DNA from: Eledone cirrhosa
Taxonomy: Eukaryota
DNA length: 64,000 nucleotides
NCBI GenBank assembly: GCA_964016885.1
Contig: OZ024747.1
Span: 15,872,001 to 15,936,000, forward strand
Direction of reading: 5' to 3'
Of the stretch, positions 54,718 to 64,000 are shown one piece after another. Made by a program: the position numbers and the translations under genes. The notes beneath the pieces were generated by a model. The model searched no databases. It had not been told where the DNA came from and saw only the letters and a program-made list of their open reading frames with translations. The number at the start of each line of letters is the position of its first letter. Position 1 is the first letter of the stretch.

Positions 54718-54919
54718 AGATAATTGTCTCTCTCTTTCTATCTGTCTGTCTCTCTCTCTCTGATTCTCTCTGTTTCTCTCTCTCTCTCTCTATCTCTCTC
54801 CAAACACACACAGATACACTGATATACTCTTTTACTCTTTCACCTGTTCCAGGCATCCGGCTGAGGCAATGGTGGGGCATATTACACACACACACACACG
54901 CACACACACACGCACACGC

Positions 54920-54951
<32 letters not shown>

Positions 54952-55040
54952 CTATATGCAGGTATATATTTATGTATGAACATGTTAGTATCTATGGATG
55001 TATGTGTATTTATAGCGTAGGTATTCACACACACACACAT

Positions 55041-55097
<57 letters not shown>

Positions 55098-56053
55098 TGT
55101 GTGTGTTAATCATAATTGTGAATGTATTTATTTGTATGCTTAAATTATGAACGAATGTAATGGTTGCCTATGTGCATGAAAATATTTAACATAGGGCAAT
55201 ATCTTAACAAATAAATGCTTTTCAGACTGATCGACGGGTCTCTTTTAAAAACAATTCTATTGAAGAAGTATTTTACTATTAACGACCTTTCTTTACCCGG
55301 AATTATTTCTCACATTCTAGAAACCACTACCTCCTTCACAAATAGTTTAATACTAAAGTATTCATAAACTAGTTCTTAAGTTGCAAACTTTTCTTTTACT
55401 TCCTTTTAAGCCATGCAATTGCGGCCATAATAGTACACTGTCATTTTACATATAAATATACTTTTCATATACAATTAATTATGTGTTATAATATGCAGTT
55501 CCTTTCTATTCTTGAGTTGTTTAACTACTATTACAGCGACATGTCCTATATTTATTCTTTTTGTCATCAACGGGGCCCTACTGTCAAGTCTTTTCGACCT
55601 GTTCATAATATAGGGTTACGACGTGGTTAGTCACACGCTCGCCAACACTTATTTGCCCTAAAGTGTCGAATTTACTTTCAGCAAAATCCATTCTGTGATT
55701 CTTTGTTTTACCCACAATCAGTCTCTCTTACCAATCTTTGCTTCATTACACAGTGTTTCATTTACCTATCCGTGATTTGTTTATTTATTTTTTAATTGAC
55801 ATGTAAATTCCCGTGAGATTTGTATTTATTTTTTAAACATTCCCGACTTTTTGTGTACTGTTTTCATCTCGTTACTTATTTCCTAGAATATTCTTGGACA
55901 GAGTTTAACTATCGTGTTAGACTCCAAAGGGACAAACAGTACTGCCGACAAGAGTTGAAACCGTGTAGATTCATTTCGACAGCTGATGATCAGGGAGTTC
56001 TTTTTCCGGTTCAAGCTACCATTTTTGTGTCGTCTATATATATATATATATAT

Positions 56054-56173
56054 GAATTAGGAATTGAGCTCTGAAATAGCGATGTATACATGAATGCATG
56101 TATAGTATATTTGGCAATATACCGTATGTTTAATTAAACATACGGTATGTTGCCAAATATACTATACATACAT

Positions 56174-56174
<1 letters not shown>
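56054..56174. repeat. 82-bp loopless palindrome (56093-56174) plus one-sided tail of about 39 nt, between (TA)n tracts
   Basis: aatgcatgtatagtatatttggcaatataccgtatgtttaa | ttaaacatacggtatgttgccaaatatactatacatacatt, 2 mismatches. Confidence 0.85.
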
Positions 56175-56263
<89 letters not shown>

Positions 56264-57546
56264 CATATACCAATACTGTCCCTTGTTGATGCGTTCCTGA
56301 ACATTACTTCTGTTTTTCACCGTAATTGTTACCAATTTTGCCAGCAGTGGGATACGAAATCGGAGATTAGTGAGCTGGAATATATATTGCAAAGCATATT
56401 GTCCTATGATTTAACAACTCTGCTAATTATCTGCCCTTTTATCATATAATCTCTGTTTGCTCTAAAAATCTGACAAAGCTCGTTACGTGGGAGTTCTCAC
56501 ACACACTCACCAAATGGATCGGAAGCTTAACGACATACAACAAAAGTGTAGAGTTTTGCTATCAGGTTTCTCTTCAGTTCATGCTTTATCAATGCATCCT
56601 CATATCAGTAGTTAATCCTATTTCGAATACATATAAGAAAACACTTTCAGTAATCATTATGTCTATTAATGATTTACACGCAAATGACTTCCAACCACCA
56701 TAGCTTTGTGCGAAGCCAATGGCGTCAAACTTCGAAACTCCTCCTCAATTATTCGTACAAAGGCATCGTACAAGTACAATATCAATAGCTCCCAGGTATT
56801 GTACATAGAATCCTTGAAATGAGATTTTCGAAACGACTCACAACAGCGCTGTAAAATCAACGAGAATAAAACTACGCAAATGTCAGTAGAAGCCCACAAC
56901 ATTTAATCTCCTTCGTGTTTTGAACAATGCTTAGCTTTTGCCACAACACATAGTTCTTATACCAAACAATCTCTCAAAAGCTCGTTCAATGTTAGCAGAT
57001 AGTCTTTATATAACGAAGACTGCACCCCAAAGGCAGAGAATCCTTTTCAGCTGTTAATATGTGTTAATCAATTCATATTATTTGTGTAAAGCATTAACAA
57101 ACATTAACAAGCATATTCTGCATAGTGTATTTTTTGAGAACCAGAAAAATGAAATATCCACTTGCGCGCTTCTGCATACACACATACGCACTTACTCACA
57201 CATCTTAACGCTTAACTCACGACAGCGACACATAGTCGCTTGACCTGTTAGGATAAACCTCACGATGTAGCTATTGGAAATAGGTGAAATCCACAATAGC
57301 TAATGTAATCTTAGTTCCACTGTGTTTTTTTTAAATGCCGGGATGTTCACAATTGGAATGTATTTCTTTCAGGATCGATCAGGTCTGGCTTCGGTTAATC
57401 AACAACAATATCGTCAACAACAAACCAGCTTGGTGAACCGTCAGAAAATAGATTCGAACTCATGGCCCTTGAGCAGCTAATTCGATAGTTAATTTATAGG
57501 GCTATCTAGTCTATATACAACCCGAGTCTATTATTGTAATATGCTT

Positions 57547-57710
57547 TGGATTGGCAGTATCGGTAAAGGGTCGGACGAGTTACGGCCCTTACCATTCTGA
57601 GTTCAAATCCCGCCGAGGTTAACTTTGCCTTTCATCCTTACAGGGTTGATAAAATAAAGTACCAGTAATGCACTGTGATAATTGCTTGCCTTGTGCCAAA
57701 AGTAGAAACA
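57547..57710 (+). mobile_element. tRNA-derived SINE with internal deletion
   Basis: 17-bp TSD attattgtaatatgctt at 57530-57546 and 57711-57727. Confidence 0.9.
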
Positions 57711-57828
57711 ATTATTGTAATATGCTTACGAATCTTCTATCTTTAAAAATAATGAAAATCTTTTCTCTTTTGTAAATGTATCCCTTGTGAACGTATTCAT
57801 AATCACGCAAATACAAACATCGACACAC

Positions 57829-57881
<53 letters not shown>

Positions 57882-59186
57882 GATGTACACATTACAACCA
57901 AGTAGCTTTTGTTCTTTGTTTTAGCTGGCAAATAAAAAAAAACAAAAAAAAAAACACCCAAAAAACTTGAATGTCTGAAACGCTATTTAAGCACTAGTTG
58001 ACTTGTGTGGGGGTCTTACGTTCAGCTTTCGCGTAGCCAGACACGTTATGCAGCAAAGTGTATTTGATCACACTTTGTACATCGCATTATCAGTTAACAG
58101 TTTTATAGAGTTATATAGTTTGCCTTCAGCGTGACCTAAGTTCAGTAAAAATCTATTATGTGTTTTGAATAAGAGCAGAAATGGAGACATTCCTTTGTTT
58201 CGCTATCAAAGCCTCTCTATACGACAGGTGTCTGATAGGGGGATTTACAAATGTAACCCGTTCACATGAATTGAATTCTTAAGACACCTAAGTCAATCAC
58301 GCCAGCTCTTAAAAACTAGTCTCACGCACACAGGATAAATATTTATTTATCCCACACTTTAGTTTGATAAAGGCAATTGATTGAATTTTAGTGATTAGCA
58401 GGTAGTGATCAACGGATGAAGACGCCGAAGGGGCAACATCTTTAAAACGTCAGAATACATTGCAGTGTTCCTTCTGGATCTCAGTGATCTGGGATCAAAT
58501 CGCACCGTGGCTAACTTTGCTTTTAATCATTTCTGGGTATATAAATTGTCTAGTACTGAGGTTGATTCCTTCTCTCACAAACTCTCTCACAGTTTTCTTC
58601 TCTTTCACTCTCACTCTCCCTTTCTAATATTTGAGAGAAACAGGCTGTGTTTAGACACGAAGTAGCATAGGCTCCCCAATATTAAAAAAGCTCAAGTCAC
58701 ACTACATGTAACGACGGTGAATCTGCCACTCCACCGGGAGTTTGTGATGGATGGAATGACCGAATGGTCATTGGAAATGAGATAGATAATAAGTAAAACG
58801 CGTCCGAATGGTTAATGCCACCGTTTTCATCTCTATTTCATTAACTTTATGTTTCTCTCCTCCTACCTAGACATCTACCTTCTTTCGCTCTACCCATCTA
58901 CCTATATAACTTATCTATCTGATAGTCTGTTTCCTAGTCTGGTTCCTCTTTTGTATCACTGTATTCATTTTCATTGAACCTCCCTATATGTTTCTACTTT
59001 TGTCTTTTTCTGTATTACTTACCTTTTCTAAACTCTTCCACTCCAACTGTGCATCATTAAATGCTAGTCATCTATTCAACACACTCCTAGGAAACTCACC
59101 CTACTTACAGACTGCTCAAATGATTAGAGTTGATTTGAACACGATAGCACCGTGCACACTATGTCAACAACCACGATGTCACACTA

Positions 59187-59625
59187 TACAGGATGAATAA
59201 ACAAGAAACTGGCTCTACACATGTTCGGTGTCACGTTATTCATTTTCGAGCAATTGTTTTTTTTTGAACAGACAAATCTCTTCAAAGCCAAGATACAAAA
59301 CTTGGTGAAGAAATTTGACATCTATGGGACAGTAGCGAACCACAATACGATATATGAGGACTGACCTCCCCATTTATGTCGACCCAAGAAGCATGCACAT
59401 TAAGTTATAGACTTGGTCCGAAAGTCTGTTGAAGAGAGCCTAAAACAATCGCTGCAGAGTAGAAGCCAAAACATGTATCAATCCAGAAAGACTTGCAGAA
59501 TGAGTGTCAGTGAGTGGCTTTTCTAGCCTTTGTTATGCATATATACCAGGAAGGCATCTTCAAAATGTCAGCTGATTTGTTGAAAGTCCTACGCATTTCA
59601 GACAATTCTCAGCCTCACCCAGACA
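59187..59625 (+). mobile_element. Internally deleted Tc1/mariner remnant (N-terminal HTH)
   Basis: SKAKIQNLVKKFDIYGTVAN..RPKK..IDLVRKSVEES..SRSQ. Weak TIR-like ends tacaggatga / tcacccag. Confidence 0.6.
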
Positions 59626-60615
59626 ATTATCATTCTTAAAGAGTTGATCGTTTTGTTCATCGAACAATTGGAACACTTTTTTTTTTTTTTTTCAAACACT
59701 TTAGTCTTTATTGTGTTGTATCAGATGAAAGAATGGTATTTAACTAATGTATTGGTACGCGTTGGGGCCCACCCACAACCCTGGCGAACAGAATGTATCG
59801 GCAAAACTATGAAGATCCATTTACTTTATATACTCATTGACAGTTTGTGCTAATTTAGATAGTTATTTAACAAATGGAAAAGCCCAATGTTTTCGTTTAT
59901 TGACGCCATTTTTTTCTCACTAAATATTTAGTCTCCATAATGTTTCGATTAGCATAACAGTCTTGAACTAATTTACTTTTATTTTTCCTATTTTTGCATC
60001 ATCACATAAAAATTGGCGTTATTTGTTCCGAGAACTATACGCCATTGTGGCTCATCATAACGATAAATATGATGATTACGATGATGATGGCGTCAATGGC
60101 AATTAAGATGAAGATTATTTGGTCCATGATCATACCCATCATCCTAATCATGATGGAGACAATGATGATGATGACATTTTGTTGACTTCTCTATATATTC
60201 TTGTTACTGGCATTGTTTTTGTTGTTTTTGTATTATTTTTGTTAGTAGTATTAGCAATTTCTATCACTGCATAAAGCAACACAAAAAATATACCATACAT
60301 TTCGTGCTTTCTTTTTATTAAATATTTCTTATTATTTTTATTATTATTATTTTATTAGTAATTTAACAAAAGTTTCATCATCATCACCATTATCATCATT
60401 ATATTTATTATTATTATTTATTGTTACTGTTGTTGTTACTTGTATCTTTGTATTATTATAATCAGTTGATACCAATGGCATGGTTTGCAAAAGAAAGAAT
60501 TTTGGTCATTATTAAAAGAAAAAAAATTAGTTAGATACAGACAGAGGAAAAGAGACAGAGCGAGAGAGAATAGGGATCATGTGTTTATGTGTGAATATAT
60601 GTGTGTATATGTGTG

Positions 60616-60690
<75 letters not shown>

Positions 60691-61288
60691 TTGAGACAGA
60701 GGAAAGATATATATATATATATATATAGATAAATATATATATATAATATATATATATAAATATATATGTATATATAAATATATATGTATATCTATATATA
60801 TATAGAGAGAGAGAGAGGGAGAGAGAGAGGGGGTGAGTGATTGAGAAGTGGAAGAACTGGGAGGAGCGACTAAAGGAGATGACAGGACAGGACAGGATAT
60901 AGGAAGAAGTGGAAGTGGCTGGAAGTAGGGTGGCTTGGTTGGGGGCTAGTGGGTGAAGAGGATTAAGACGAGAGAATTGAGAAGAAGAATCGACAAACCG
61001 AAATAACATAACACACAAATCAGCAATTAGGCGCTATAATGGCGTATTCAGTCTCTTCCGGAAGTCGGTTGAGTCGCCGAATTAAGCGTATTCATATAGC
61101 TCTATCGATCCGTATTCGATGGAATTTGTGAAGGATAGGTTACGACGAAACCAAAGCAAAGGAAGGAAGCAAGGAATGGGTAAAAGAGCAAGAAAAGAAA
61201 CTAATGGAAGGACAATTCACAGACAGACAGTCGGAAAGGAAAACACATGCATATAAAGAGAACTATGTTTGTGTGTTTAGATGCACAA

Positions 61289-61363
<75 letters not shown>

Positions 61364-61366
61364 CTT

Positions 61367-61430
<64 letters not shown>

Positions 61431-61458
61431 ATAAATATATATATATATATATATATAC

Positions 61459-61573
<115 letters not shown>

Positions 61574-62080
61574 TGTATGTATGTTTATGGTGTTAACACA
61601 TGAGTATGTTATTTTTTCTCTTATCCATGAATATATTGGTTCGTAGAAGTACAAGGAAGCACTATGTATGATATGTTTTTGTACAGATATAGGTATATGT
61701 ATGCATGTATGTATGTATATATCAATCTATTTCTGTATTTATGTATACATTTATGTATGTTCCTAGGAATGCCTATTTATGTATGTATATACATATGCAG
61801 TTTGCACATATATAGGCTTGTATGTACGTATGTATGTACGTACGTTTGTTTGGACGCATGTATGTAGGTATGTATGGGTGTATATTTGTATGTATATATT
61901 ATGAGAAGAACTTGCAGAGCGACGGGTGAGAGGCTAAGCTAGTGACAAGCAGAGAAACATTTGAGAGAATAAGTGTAGAAAAGAAAAAAATATATGAACG
62001 AAAGGCGAAGTAGAGCAAGTAAAATAAGTGCGAAACGAAAGAGTGGTCAAAAGTTTAACAGAATATAAGAGAGGCATTTA

Positions 62081-62135
<55 letters not shown>

Positions 62136-62198
62136 TTATCTAGCTATCTATCTGTCTATCTATCTATATATTTAAGTGTTAAGTGTGTGTGTGGGGGG

Positions 62199-62264
<66 letters not shown>

Positions 62265-62268
62265 TTTA

Positions 62269-62378
62269 TTCCGGGTTCAATCGGGGCTAACCACAGTAAG
62301 TAAGGTACTCAATACATAGCAGAGTATAAATGATAATTTCTCACGAATGAAACAGTTCTAGATCTGTAGAAGCCATTC
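62269..62378. mobile_element. Family B terminus: - strand tail joined to + strand HHR segment
   Basis: 62269-62331 is the reverse complement of the 27450-27515 region. 62331-62378 reads TGATAA tttctcacgaat GAAA cag..ctg TA gaagcc. Confidence 0.7.
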
Positions 62379-62402
62379 CCTCTCTCTCTCTATATATATA
62401 CA

Positions 62403-62528
<126 letters not shown>

Positions 62529-62614
62529 GGTTATATTAGAGTTTACCAATATATATCCTGTTGAAGATTATGGAAGCTCGATGTTAATCATTACACTTGT
62601 CAATCCGTAATCCA

Positions 62615-62700
<86 letters not shown>

Positions 62701-62701
<1 letters not shown>

Positions 62702-62954
62702 GTTTATCCCGGATTCAATGGGGTCCGACGAGGTTTTGATTCCAGAGTCGGGCCAGATCGATATAGATCGAACCTTGAGCAGATCAGTAGCGAAACGTAC
62801 GTCATCAACCAATAAACGTAATGAAGGAATAACCATTCGTCCTTGTATTATTATAATACACTCTGTCTAGCTCTACACATCGATACTGACGTGAACCTAC
62901 ATATCGGGTGCTCACCCGGGTGAACCTACAGTAACTCCGCGTTACAGTCCCCGG

Positions 62955-62955
<1 letters not shown>
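62701..62955 (+). mobile_element. (TA)n-flanked insert with HHR 3' half
   Basis: c GAAA cgtacg TC atcaa (palindromic stem III, GUC site). The 5' core is unclear (CCGACGA at 62725). The left end resembles the family B tail. Confidence 0.45.
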
Positions 62956-63044
<89 letters not shown>

Positions 63045-63047
<3 letters not shown>

Positions 63048-63158
63048 CGGAGGAAATGTGGTAAGGAACCAGGTAGACCATAACGCACCAAAGTACTCAA
63101 TACTTAGGGTAGTAGAGTGGGTAATAGGAACGAGTAGGACGTCGGGGTCCTACTCGTT

Positions 63159-63163
<5 letters not shown>
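63045..63163 (-). mobile_element. Family A terminus with 17-bp fold-back
   Basis: Arms 63124-63140 and 63147-63163. Tail nearly identical to 3127-3222. (TA)n on both sides. Confidence 0.75.
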
Positions 63164-63244
<81 letters not shown>

Positions 63245-64000
63245 GGTGTGTGTGTCCTTGTGTGCGTATATTATGTAAGCGTCACTGATCACAGTTAAAT
63301 ATCATGAAATATATGTTTCTATCTACATCTCTCTATCTTCTCTGTTACTTTTCTCTTTCTCTCTATATCAAATTCCCCTATACTTCCCCACCAGCGCTTG
63401 TCCACTTCTGTATCCGTTCATTAATCGATCCTCTTTCACCTCTTCCGTTTCACTTCTGACATTAACTGAAATCTCTTCCTCACACAGACACATAAACAAA
63501 ATGACACACGTACATATGCACTCATATATACATACGCACAACCAGACATATATTCAAACCCTCCTCTACAAACACAACATAACATAGAATGAAATTTTTA
63601 CTTATCACAACGATATCACAATGTTGACGACTGGAAAAGCATTATAATTGTACATTTTCCGAACTCATAACTTAACACACAAATACTCCCAAACGTATCC
63701 AAACACACAAACTCGCCCAAACACATACACATGCACAGAATCACGCATCCATACGTACACAAACACCTTGAAAGGTAGAGGAACACAGACACCCATGCAT
63801 ACAGAATATCATATAATCAAAAACGTAATCTTACACACAAATATACAAAGACACATGAACACATGCTTAATCAAACCCAGACACACAAAAAAGCAATCAC
63901 ACCTATATGTACTTTCACATATTTACGGAATTGCCCCAAACATTTCTACTAACGAAACATCCGAAGTGTTTTTTACCTTATTCAGTTTACAATGTCTGTT

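Overview
AT-rich, microsatellite-dense animal genomic DNA. It is most likely a coleoid cephalopod (octopus-like), an inference from the SINE families and repeat landscape. No intact host protein-coding gene is supportable, and almost every ORF in the supplied track is a (TA)n/(TG)n/(GA)n/(GTG)n translation artefact. The window holds many decayed transposons: about 11 copies of one young tRNA-derived SINE (several with 10-19 bp TSDs), a 5'-truncated Penelope-like element (PLE; RT thumb plus GIY-YIG) with an inverted terminus, two other PLE fragments, and remnants of Gypsy, CRE, Tx1/L1, RTE and Tc1/mariner elements. The dominant unexplained structure is a dense set of short non-coding inserts within (TA)n tracts. 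They form asymmetric hairpins or inversions, and most carry hammerhead ribozyme (HHR) cores (CUGANGA...GAAA...UH) from several unrelated sequence families, consistent with PLE termini or mini-elements. The best novelty candidate is a 616-bp-period non-coding element (31191-32290) that appears to carry a non-circularly permuted, pseudoknotted hammerhead. All pairings and alignments were read by eye and have not been computationally verified.
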